Assembly: GCA_964016885.1 (NCBI GenBank)
Contig: OZ024761.1
Location: 10,788,001 to 10,852,000 of the forward strand
Source of the DNA: Eledone cirrhosa
Taxonomy: Eukaryota
DNA: 64,000 bases
Direction of reading: 5' to 3'
Position 1 is the stretch's first letter, and every line of letters begins with the position of its first letter. The notes under the pieces were generated by a model. It was not told the origin of the DNA. It worked only from the letters and a program-made list of their open reading frames with translations, and did not search any database. The position numbers were made by a program, and so were the translations under genes. Below are positions 1 through 14,356 of this stretch, piece after piece.

Positions 1-609
1 TAGAGAGATATAGAGAGAAAAAATTTAAAAATAGCCAGACATATTCGAGGCGTAGAAAACCCTATGTTTTAATGTATTAGTATTTATAAAACTTACACTA
101 TATTGTAAATATCAGTATTCATGAATGAAACAAGTATTCACAATGCGTGAAAATTCATTATCTTATGTTTAGTTTTTAAAAAAATTCATATGTCTATGTG
201 AATCCAACTGATTCACTCCGCAAATTCAAAGTTACCGGAAAACATTCTCAATGTGGTATAAAAATTTGAGCGTATTATTATTCTTGCGATTACTCTACAA
301 GATTATCTATCAAGCAGAAATAGAGAGCAGGTTTCAATATACTAATCGAAAATATATATTATATTATAAGCAGAGATAACAATAATAATGATAATAAGTA
401 AAAATATATAAAAATATAAAAATATAGAATAGAAAACTAAAAAAGAATATTACGAAAGAATATTACATAATAAAAATATTGCATATTAAAAATACTACGT
501 ATTAAAAATATTACGTATTAAAACTTTACATATAAAAATATTAAAAATAAAAATAAAATAAAATAAAAAATAAAAATATTATAGAATACTACAATACTAA
601 AAGAATAAA

Positions 610-640
<31 letters not shown>

Positions 641-1076
641 TAAAAATAAAAATAAAAATGAAAATAAAAATAAACCACAAAGAACAACCCTTCAAAGTTA
701 ATTGACAATATATTGCCAAGTTCACTATAAGACAAAGCCAAAAATTATCTATCAAATCACATCTAGCAAGGAATATCTCAAAAAAAGATTATGATGTCCA
801 ATAATGTCTACATATGTTCCTATATTTAATATATAAGTTTATCAAGTGTAAGGTTAATTCAAAAAATTTGGAGCATCGGCTTTTAGGGTAGCTTAATTTT
901 TCATGAGGAATGTTTAGATAAAAATAAAAATAAAAATAAAAATAAAAATAAAAATAAAAATAAAAATAAATAAAATAAAATAAACAATAAAAAGAGTAAA
1001 AAGAGGGAATCAAAGATTTAGGAATCAAAAGATTTATCGGCTAGTACTCATATAAATATAAATCAAACTAAATATA

Positions 1077-2798
1077 CTACATTTTAAATTTAAATTTATA
1101 TTTAAACGTTGAGTTTAATCTATGTTTGCAACAACTGAATAAATTTGTCCGTAGGTTAAGGGAATTTTTAGATTTTAGTATAAAGAATATCTCCTCTGCG
1201 CAGAGGTCACATGTCTCAGAGGATGAATTAAAAGGAATCCCTCTTGAGACTATATTCCAAGCCGTCGAATATCTAACGTTATGTAGCTTAAGTTGCCAGA
1301 GTACACCTGATAGTGCCGTTGAAGATTTTTTATTTGGATCTGTGAAAGAATTCTTGTGGTTATTATAGCGAAGTTTAAATTCCGTCGATGTGGAACCGAC
1401 GTAGTTAAAAGAATTAGAGTCAGTATTAACATTACAATTGTATACTATATTTTTAACTAAGCAGTTGTTATTTAACGGACATTTAGATCTATCTCTACAG
1501 TTACATTTGTTAACTTGTATATTATTTATGCTATTATCAGTAGGTTTTAAGTTCCTATTATTTATTCTATTAATATTTTGTGCTAAATTTTTGGTGGATG
1601 AGTAGGTTAATTTAATTGTATGCCTATTGAAGATTGAGTGGTACCTATGTGTTCTAGGGAAGCGATTATCAAGAGCTTTGAAAAATAATTTAGCGATGTG
1701 GGTTTTAATGTTTAGTGAGAAAGGGGGGGCAAACCAAATTATGTTCCTAGTTCTATTTCTTTTTTGTCCTTTGGAATTATTGTAATGCTTTCTATTATAG
1801 TTGTTAATGTTGTTGCCGTAATTAAAAAAGTTGTTACTTTGTTTAGTTTGTTTATCATTATCTATGTACACAATCTTATCAGCATACCCTGCCCTAGCTA
1901 GTGCATCATTATAGTATTGGGCCTTTTCGTCAAAAATCTTTCTATTCGACGAGATCCTAGAGATACGTTTTTGGACTGAGTTTACTATAGTGTTTTTGAG
2001 AGATCTGGGGTGGTTAGAGTTAAAGTTGACATAGTTTAAGTTTTCATTCAACTTGTGAAAAGGATAGTGGAGACATGTGTTGAGATTTAATGTTATATCT
2101 AGGAAATTGACTATTCTATGGTTGTTCTCAATTTCTATTTTAAGGTTAAAGTAATTAAAAAATTTTGTAATTTGTTTACATTTTCTATTTAGTTCAGGGC
2201 TATTATTATTAATAAGTAAAAGCATGTCATCCCTATATAAACCTCCGGTAGTACCAGGTATTTTCCTATGTAGCGAATTGATTAAAAATAAGCCCACAAG
2301 GTCAGTTACCTGAGCTGAGTCGGAAGATCCCATAGTTATGTCAAAATTGCTATCTCTATCTGCTCTGGTCCATAATTTGTCATCAAATTCTATCAAAGTT
2401 TTCCTAGCCGATAATATAATATGCATTTCTTTGCTAGTTAGGTCCGTATGTTTGAATGCGTAATTTAGTGCCTTATTTAGTAGACTAGGGGTAATAGAAG
2501 AATAATAGTTAGCTATATCAAGTTGAATAAACATATTATTATTGTTATATTTAATTTGCCTAAACCACTCAACAACCTCTCCAGTTCGCTTCCACAAGCT
2601 CAGGTTAGATACATAATCCAAGTTCTTAATTTGCAGTATCACCCTGTCAGGAATGTTTTTGCTTAATTTGCCCAGGTCCGATTTTGAAAGTGCGATCAAT
2701 CTAACTGGCAGGTCAATCTCAAAATTCCTCTTGTGGTCCTTCATATTGATCTTCGGTTTCCTCGGCACGAAAGGTTGTGTTCTGTTCTCAATTTCCAA
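1077..2798 (-). CDS. PLE reverse transcriptase with C-terminal GIY-YIG endonuclease, 5'-truncated (the TTG start sits at the inversion junction)
   Basis: RT motifs QLDIANYYSSI, ITMGSSDSAQVTDLVG, LYRDDML, VNFLDITL and SNHP. Linker CNCRDRSKCPLNNNC. Endonuclease motifs IVY..YVG, KLRYNNH, CDLCAEE, LNLR..CKH. Confidence 0.92.
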   Translation of the reverse strand: MEIENRTQPFVPRKPKINMKDHKRNFEIDLPVRLIALSKSDLGKLSKNIPDRVILQIKNLDYVSNLSLWKRTGEVVEWFRQIKYNNNNMFIQLDIANYYSSITPSLLNKALNYAFKHTDLTSKEMHIILSARKTLIEFDDKLWTRADRDSNFDITMGSSDSAQVTDLVGLFLINSLHRKIPGTTGGLYRDDMLLLINNNSPELNRKCKQITKFFNYFNLKIEIENNHRIVNFLDITLNLNTCLHYPFHKLNENLNYVNFNSNHPRSLKNTIVNSVQKRISRISSNRKIFDEKAQYYNDALARAGYADKIVYIDNDKQTKQSNNFFNYGNNINNYNRKHYNNSKGQKRNRTRNIIWFAPPFSLNIKTHIAKLFFKALDNRFPRTHRYHSIFNRHTIKLTYSSTKNLAQNINRINNRNLKPTDNSINNIQVNKCNCRDRSKCPLNNNCLVKNIVYNCNVNTDSNSFNYVGSTSTEFKLRYNNHKNSFTDPNKKSSTALSGVLWQLKLHNVRYSTAWNIVSRGIPFNSSSETCDLCAEEIFFILKSKNSLNLRTNLFSCCKHRLNSTFKYKFKFKM

Positions 2799-2960
2799 CT
2801 TTTTTTCTTCCTTTTCTTCGTTTTGTCTCTCTTTCTTTCTTATTTCCCTCTTTTCTCTCTCTCTTTCTTTCTCTCTGTATTTTCACTGCTAGAGTAAACC
2901 TCTTCAAATGAAGTTGATGTTTATTACGGTATGTCGAATATATTTATCTATAAAACAGTT

Positions 2961-3039
2961 TATATTGTATTTTGTCTGATGAAGGCATAGCATATTGTTA
3001 ATATGATATCCCCGAAATATATATAATGAAATAAATATG
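2961..3039 (+). ncRNA. Type I hammerhead ribozyme, family A, in the inverted pLTR (antisense to the RT ORF)
   Basis: tatattgtattttgt-CTGATGA-stem II (catatt gtt aatatg)-GAAA-tatata-TA-atgaaataaatatg. Stem III is the palindrome ATATATAT. Stem I pairs with two G-U and one bulge, and is extended by tataaaac/gttttata. Confidence 0.75.
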
Positions 3040-3418
3040 GTTTTATAAATATAGTTTTCCATTTATTTAATATTGCATATATATATATATATATATATAC
3101 ATATATACACACACATATACATACATATATACACACATATATAAACAAGTAAAATATAAAATATACATCAATATACATACATATACATATATATATATAT
3201 ATATATACGTATATATACATACATATACACACACATATACATAAACACATACATACACATACATATACATACACACACCATATAAATACACATACACATA
3301 CACACATGCATACATATAGAGACACATACATATACACATATAAATACATAGACATATACACATATACACGTATATATACATAAACATACATACATACATA
3401 TATATATATCCGTTCACA

Positions 3419-3489
<71 letters not shown>

Positions 3490-3603
3490 CATACATACAC
3501 ATATCTACACACATATAAAACACACTCATGCATATACACACATACACATACATACCCACACATATATATATATATATATATATACACATACACATATATA
3601 TAT

Positions 3604-5863
3604 ATATATGTGAATATAGATATAGAATATTCGAAAATATTCTGTATGTTTATAATAAACATTTTGAAGACCTAATCGCTATAGAATAGAATACGTCACG
3701 TATTACAATTAGATTCTCGATAAAAGCAAGGGAAGTAATCTACGCGTTTCATTCTTGTTAGAATTCATCAGGACTACATATCCAGTGCTTTTATCGAGAA
3801 TGACACAGCTAGAGACTTATAGAATACTTAGCTGTGTACAGGAGCTGGTTTGAAAGAGCGGTTGCCGGTCCGGCAGAAATTAGAAATTGGAATAAATGCT
3901 CTGAAATAGCGATATATATGTGAATATAGATATAGAATATTCGAAAATATTCTGTATGTTTATAATAAACATTTTGAAGACCTAATCGCTATAGAATAGA
4001 ATACGTCACGTATTACAATTAGATTCTCGATAAAAGCAAGGGAAGTAATCTACGCGTTTCATTCTTGTTAGAATTCATCAGGACTACATATCCAGTGCTT
4101 TTATCGAGAATGACACAGCTAGAGACTTATAGAATACTTAGCTGTGTACAGGAACTGGTTTGAAAGAGCGGTTGCCGGTCCGGCAGAAATTAGAAATTGG
4201 AATAAATGCTCTGAAATAGCGATATATATGTGAATATAGATATAGAATATTCGAAAATATTCTGTATGTTTATAATAAACATTTTGAAGACCTAATCGCT
4301 ATAGAATAGAATACGTCACGTATTACAATTAGATTCTCGATAAAAGCAAGGGAAGTAATCTACGCGTTTCATTCTTGTTAGAATTCATCAGGACTACATA
4401 TCCAGTGCTTTTATCGAGAATGACACAGCTAGAGACTTATAGAATACTTAGCTGTGTACAGGAACTGGTTTGAAAGAGCGGTTGCCGGTCCGGCAGAAAT
4501 TAGAAATTGGAATAAATGCTCTGAAATAGCGATATATATGTGAATATAGATATAGAATATTCGAAAATATTCTGTATGTTTATAATAAACATTTTGAAGA
4601 CCTAATCGCTATAGAATAGAATACGTCACGTATTACAATTAGATTCTCGATAAAAGCAAGGGAAGTAATCTACGCGTTTCATTCTTGTTAGAATTCATCA
4701 GGACTACATATCCAGTGCTTTTATCGAGAATGACACAGCTAGAGACTTATAGAATACTTAGCTGTGTACAGGAACTGGTTTGAAAGAGCGGTTGCCGGTC
4801 CGGCAGAAATTAGAAATTGGAATAAATGCTCTGAAATAGCGATATATATGTGAATATAGATATAGAATATTCGAAAATATTCTGTATGTTTATAATAAAC
4901 ATTTTGAAGACCTAATCGCTATAGAATAGAATACGTCACGTATTACAATTAGATTCTCGATAAAAGCAAGGGAAGTAATCTACGCGTTTCATTCTTGTTA
5001 GAATTCATCAGGACTACATATCCAGTGCTTTTATCGAGAATGACACAGCTAGAGACTTATAGAATACTTAGCTGTGTACAGGAACTGGTTTGAAAGAGCG
5101 GTTGCCGGTCCGGCAGAAATTAGAAATTGGAATAAATGCTCTGAAATAGCGATATATATGTGAATATAGATATAGAATATTCGAAAATATTCTGTATGTT
5201 TATAATAAACATTTTGAAGACCTAATCGCTATAGAATAGAATACGTCACGTATTACAATTAGATTCTCGATAAAAGCAAGGGAAGTAATCTACGCGTTTC
5301 ATTCTTGTTAGAATTCATCAGGACTACATATCCAGTGCTTTTATCGAGAATGACACAGCTAGAGACTTATAGAATACTTAGCTGTGTACAGGAACTGGTT
5401 TGAAAGAGCGGTTGCCGGTCCGGCAGAAATTAGAAATTGGAATAAATGCTCTGAAATAGCGATATATATGTGAATATAGATATAGAATATTCGAAAATAT
5501 TCTGTATGTTTATAATAAACATTTTGAAGACCTAATCGCTATAGAATAGAATACGTCACGTATTACAATTAGATTCTCGATAAAAGCAAGGGAAGTAATC
5601 TACGCGTTTCATTCTTGTTAGAATTCATCAGGACTACATATCCAGTGCTTTTATCGAGAATGACACAGCTAGAGACTTATAGAATACTTAGCTGTGTACA
5701 GGAACTGGTTTGAAAGAGCGGTTGCCGGTCCGGCAGAAATTAGAAATTGGAATAAATGCTCTGAAATAGCGATATATATGTGAATATAGATATAGAATAT
5801 TCGAAAATATTCTGTATGTTTATAATAAACATTTTGAAGACCTAATCGCTATAGAATAGAATA
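3604..5863 (-). repeat. Tandem array of a 310-bp HHR-containing unit (retrozyme/pLTR-like), left arm, about 7.3 copies
   Basis: Exact 310-bp periodicity. HHR on the - strand at 3735, 4045, 4355, 4665, 4975, 5285 and 5595 (each 43 nt). The only variant I noticed is G instead of A at 3844. Confidence 0.95.
3735..3777 (-). ncRNA. Minimal type I hammerhead ribozyme, family B (first of 7 minus-strand copies)
   Basis: Reverse complement reads gtagtc-CTGATGA-attc taacaa gaat-GAAA-cgcg-TA-gattac. Confidence 0.9.
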
Positions 5864-7469
5864 TTTTCGAATATTCTATATCTATATTCACATATATATC
5901 GCTATTTCAGAGCATTTATTCCAATTTCTAATTTCTGCCGGACCGGCAACCGCTCTTTCAAACCAGTTCCTGTACACAGCTAAGTATTCTATAAGTCTCT
6001 AGCTGTGTCATTCTCGATAAAAGCACTGGATATGTAGTCCTGATGAATTCTAACAAGAATGAAACGCGTAGATTACTTCCCTTGCTTTTATCGAGAATCT
6101 AATTGTAATACGTGACGTATTCTATTCTATAGCGATTAGGTCTTCAAAATGTTTATTATAAACATACAGAATATTTTCGAATATTCTATATCTATATTCA
6201 CATATATATCGCTATTTCAGAGCATTTATTCCAATTTCTAATTTCTGCCGGACCGGCAACCGCTCTTTCAAACCAGTTCCTGTACACAGCTAAGTATTCT
6301 ATAAGTCTCTAGCTGTGTCATTCTCGATAAAAGCACTGGATATGTAGTCCTGATGAATTCTAACAAGAATGAAACGCGTAGATTACTTCCCTTGCTTTTA
6401 TCGAGAATCTAATTGTAATACGTGACGTATTCTATTCTATAGCGATTAGGTCTTCAAAATGTTTATTATAAACATACAGAATATTTTCGAATATTCTATA
6501 TCTATATTCACATATATATCGCTATTTCAGAGCATTTATTCCAATTTCTAATTTCTGCCGGACCGGCAACCGCTCTTTCAAACCAGTTCCTGTACACAGC
6601 TAAGTATTCTATAAGTCTCTAGCTGTGTCATTCTCGATAAAAGCACTGGATATGTAGTCCTGATGAATTCTAACAAGAATGAAACGCGTAGATTACTTCC
6701 CTTGCTTTTATCGAGAATCTAATTGTAATACGTGACGTATTCTATTCTATAGCGATTAGGTCTTCAAAATGTTTATTATAAACATACAGAATATTTTCGA
6801 ATATTCTATATCTATATTCACATATATATCGCTATTTCAGAGCATTTATTCCAATTTCTAATTTCTGCCGGACCGGCAACCGCTCTTTCAAACCAGTTCC
6901 TGTACACAGCTAAGTATTCTATAAGTCTCTAGCTGTGTCATTCTCGATAAAAGCACTGGATATGTAGTCCTGATGAATTCTAACAAGAATGAAACGCGTA
7001 GATTACTTCCCTTGCTTTTATCGAGAATCTAATTGTAATACGTGACGTATTCTATTCTATAGCGATTAGGTCTTCAAAATGTTTATTATAAACATACAGA
7101 ATATTTTCGAATATTCTATATCTATATTCACATATATATCGCTATTTCAGAGCATTTATTCCAATTTCTAATTTCTGCCGGACCGGCAACCGCTCTTTCA
7201 AACCAGTTCCTGTACACAGCTAAGTATTCTATAAGTCTCTAGCTGTGTCATTCTCGATAAAAGCACTGGATATGTAGTCCTGATGAATTCTAACAAGAAT
7301 GAAACGCGTAGATTACTTCCCTTGCTTTTATCGAGAATCTAATTGTAATACGTGACGTATTCTATTCTATAGCGATTAGGTCTTCAAAATGTTTATTATA
7401 AACATACAGAATATTTTCGAATATTCTATATCTATATTCACATATATATCGCTATTTCAGAGCATTTAT

Positions 7470-7475
<6 letters not shown>
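5858..7475 (+). repeat. Same 310-bp unit in inverted orientation, right arm, about 5.2 copies
   Basis: Reverse complement of the left-arm unit. The junction lies in the AGAATA microhomology at 5858-5863. HHR on + at 6034, 6344, 6654, 6964 and 7274. Confidence 0.95.
6034..6076 (+). ncRNA. Minimal type I hammerhead ribozyme, family B (first of 5 plus-strand copies)
   Basis: Intact core CTGATGA/GAAA/GTA. Stem I gtagtc:gattac, stem II attc:gaat, palindromic stem III ACGCGT. An outer helix ttctcgataaaagc:gcttttatcgagaa flanks it. Confidence 0.9.
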
Positions 7476-9804
<2,329 letters not shown>

Positions 9805-9926
9805 AAGTTATATTTAAAATTGTTGGGTTACAACCAGTAAATATTTATAACTGATATAAAAGCACTCGACAAATATTTGGAGTATATTTACAATATTAAA
9901 TAAATGGAAAACTATATTTATAAAAC

Positions 9927-10005
9927 CATATTTATTTCATTATATATATTTCGGGGATATCATATTAACAATATGCTATGCCTTCATCAGACAAAATACA
10001 ATATA
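9927..10005 (-). ncRNA. Hammerhead ribozyme, family A (inverted arm)
   Basis: Reverse complement of 2961-3039. Confidence 0.72.
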
Positions 10006-10360
10006 AACAGTTTTATAGATAAATATATTCGAAATACCGTAATAAACATCAACTTCATTTGAAGAGGTTTACGCTAGCAGTGAAAATACAGAGAGAAAGA
10101 AAGAGAGAAAGAAAAGAGGGAAAAAAGAAAGAAAGAAAGACAAAACGAAGAAAAGGAAGAAAAAGAAGAAAAAGAAAAAGAAGAAATGCATGGGACAAAA
10201 TAGAGAGATGGAAAAATAGATAAAGCGAAGAGCTTCATGTAAAGAGACAGAAAGAGATATATATATATATAGAGAGAGGAAATAGAGATAGATACATATA
10301 TATATATATAGAAAATTAGGTAGTGGGAGGTCATTTTGAGTAAGTGTATCAATGATACAT

Positions 10361-10403
<43 letters not shown>

Positions 10404-11294
10404 GCTCAAGTATTAATGTAAACTTCTATATTAAATATAGGAACATATGTAGACATTATTGGACATCATAATCTTTTTGCGATATTCTTTGCTAGATGTG
10501 ATTTGATAGATAATTTTTGGCTTTGTCTTGTAATGAACTTGGCAATATATTGTTAATTAACTTTGAAGGGTTGTTCTTTGTGGTTTATTTTTATTTTCAT
10601 TTTTATTTTTATTTTTATTTATTTTTATTTTTATTCTTTTAGTATTGTAGTATTCTATAATATTTTTATTTTTTATTTTATTTTTAATATTTTAATATGT
10701 AAATTTTTTATATGTAAATTTTTAATACGTAATATTTTTTAATACGTAGTATTTTTAATATGCAATATTTTTATTATGTAATATTCTTTCGTAATATTTT
10801 TTTAGTTTTCTATTCTATATTTTTATATATTTTTTACTTATTATTATTATTATTGTTATCTTTGTTTATAATATAATATATATTTTCGATTAGTATATTG
10901 AAATCTGCTCTCTATTTCTGCTTGATAGATAATCTTGTAGAGTAATCCCAAGAATAATAATACGCTCAAATTTTTATACCACATTGAGAATGTTTTCCGG
11001 TAACTTAGAGTTTGCGGAGTGAATCAGTTGGATTCACATTGATGTTTGTAGCTGTCACATAAACATATGAATTTTTTAAAACTAAACATAAGATAATGAA
11101 TTTTCACACATTGTGAATACTTGTTTCATTCAGGAATACTGATATTTACAATATAGTGTAAGTTTTATAAATACTAATACATTAAAACATAGGGTTTTCT
11201 ACGCCTCGAATATGTCTGGCTATTTTTAAATTTTTTTCTCTCTATATATCTCTCTGGATCTCTCTATATATCTCCCTCACATTAATACTTGAGC

Positions 11295-11325
<31 letters not shown>

Positions 11326-11674
11326 ATGTATCATTGATACACTTACTCAAAATGACCTCCCACTACCTAATTTTCTATATATATATATGTATCTATCTCT
11401 ATTTCCTCTCTCTATATATATATCTCTTTCTGTCTCTTTACATGAAGCTCTTCGCTTTATCTATTTTTCCATCTCTCTATTTTGTCCCATGCATTTCTTC
11501 TTTTTCTTTTTCTTCTTTTTCTTCCTTTTCTTCGTTTTGTCTTTCTTTCTTTCTTTTTTCCCTCTTTTCTTTCTCTCTTTCTTTCTCTCTGTATTTTCAC
11601 TGCTAGCGTAAACCTCTTCAAATGAAGTTGATGTTTATTACGGTATGTCGAATATATTTATCTATAAAACTGTT

Positions 11675-11753
11675 TATATTGTATTTTGTCTGATGAAGGC
11701 ATAGCATATTGTTAATATGATATCCCCGAAATATATATAATGAAATAAATATG
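11675..11753 (+). ncRNA. Hammerhead ribozyme, family A (sense, in the 3' pLTR)
   Basis: Same sequence as 2961-3039, with CTGATGA at 11690. Confidence 0.75.
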
Positions 11754-11787
11754 GTTTTATAAATATAGTTTTCCATTGATTTAATAT

Positions 11788-12996
<1,209 letters not shown>

Positions 12997-13005
12997 TCAC
13001 ATAAA

Positions 13006-13236
13006 CTCTTTTACCTGTTTCAGCCATCCGGCTGAGGCCATGCTGGGGCACCGCCCTTGTTGCTACACATTTTATCTCCAGCCTGTATAGGTTGCCCACT
13101 GGTGTAAGAGGGAGTTTGTTGCTGCTGCCCTTAGGTTTCCCTCGTGTCTTGCTGTGGGCTCATCCGGGATCCTGGATAACAAGGTGTCGAGATGTTTCTT
13201 GAAGACATCCACCTCCACGTCATGCAAATCTCTCAT
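13006..13236 (-). mobile_element. 3' fragment of a CR1/L2-group LINE (second copy at 34470-34701)
   Basis: FKKHLDTLLSRIPDEP..AAATNSL resembles the C-terminus FKKSLDKFLQVIPDKP..ANSNSL of the 14446-17466 ORF. Confidence 0.75.
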
Positions 13237-13330
13237 GTATATATATATATATACATATATATATATACATGTATATATATATACATGTATATATATATAC
13301 ACATGTATATATAACTATATATATATATAT

Positions 13331-13975
13331 AGCATCAATCCTTCATAGGCTGACCAAGATACTCTCATGGAATGACCAAATGAGGTTTATTTTTCAACAT
13401 GCAAGATTGCACAGCTCTAGCATCACTCCTTCATAGGCTGACCAAGATACACTCATGGAATGACCAAATGAGGTTTATTTTTTCACATGCAAGATTGCAT
13501 AGCTCTAGCATCACTCCTTCATAGGCTGACCAAGATACTCTCATGGAATGACCAAATGAGGTTTATTTTTCAACATACAAGATTGCACAGCCCTAGCATC
13601 ACTCCTTCATAGGCTGACCAAGATACTCTCATGGAATGACCAAATGAGGTTTATTTTTCAACATGCAAGATTGCACAGCTCTAGCATCACTCCTTCATAG
13701 GCTGACCAAGATACTCTCATGGAATGACCAAATGAGGTTTATTTTTCAACATGCAAGATTGCACAGCTCTAGCATCACTCCTTCATAGGCTGACCAAGAT
13801 ACATTCATGGAATGACCAAATGAGGTTTATTTTTCCACATGCAAGATTGCATAGCTCTAGCATCACTCCTTCATAGGCTGACCAAGATACACTCATGGAA
13901 TGACCAAATGAGGTTTATTTTTCAACGTGCAAGATTGCACAGCCCTAGCATCACTCTTTCATAGTGAGCCTATGA
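13331..13975. repeat. 88-bp tandem repeat, about 7 copies
   Basis: Unit agcatcactccttcataggctgaccaagatactctcatggaatgaccaaatgaggtttatttttcaacatgcaagattgcacagctct. Confidence 0.95.
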
Positions 13976-14314
13976 AGTATATACAAATAATTACTAAGAA
14001 ATTCGAAATAATTTTTGCACCCATTTTTGCGATTAAGTAAAGACGGAGTTATCGTTCTTGAGATTTCGGCTCGGGGAAATTTAAGGAACTGATGTCGCTA
14101 AATCGCCAAGTCATTTACCTGCCCCGTTGCATCATGGGAGGGTAATGGCTGCCTTTTATTTTTCGAAAACCATGGCAATCTTTTTAATATCTTTCTCGTC
14201 AAAATGTTTTAATTATTTACTTATATGAAACAAGGAACAAGATGCTGCGAAAGAAACTAAAGAAACGGCAATATTAAAAGTATTTTGTGGATTTTTAATA
14301 GGTGAACACACCAT

Positions 14315-14354
<40 letters not shown>

Positions 14355-14356
14355 TA

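Larger units (their letters stand above)
1..3076 (-). mobile_element. Penelope-like element, family A: inverted partial pLTR (2799-3076), 5'-truncated ORF and 3' region running off the window start
   Basis: Contains an RT+GIY-YIG ORF. 1-840 is the reverse complement of 10420-11254, and 2799-3076 matches about 11514-11788 directly. Confidence 0.85.
9891..11788 (+). mobile_element. Second, non-coding 5'-truncated copy of PLE family A: inverted pLTR (9891-10419), 3' region (10420-11278), pLTR (11279-11788)
   Basis: The arms are reverse complements of about 510-530 bp. The body matches 1-840 inverted. (TA)n lies on both sides. Confidence 0.85.

Noticed and set aside
3604-7475. CRISPR-like or retron-like array beside an RT
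   Set aside because: The units are identical with no variable spacers, there are no cas genes, the context is eukaryotic, and the RT is PLE-type.
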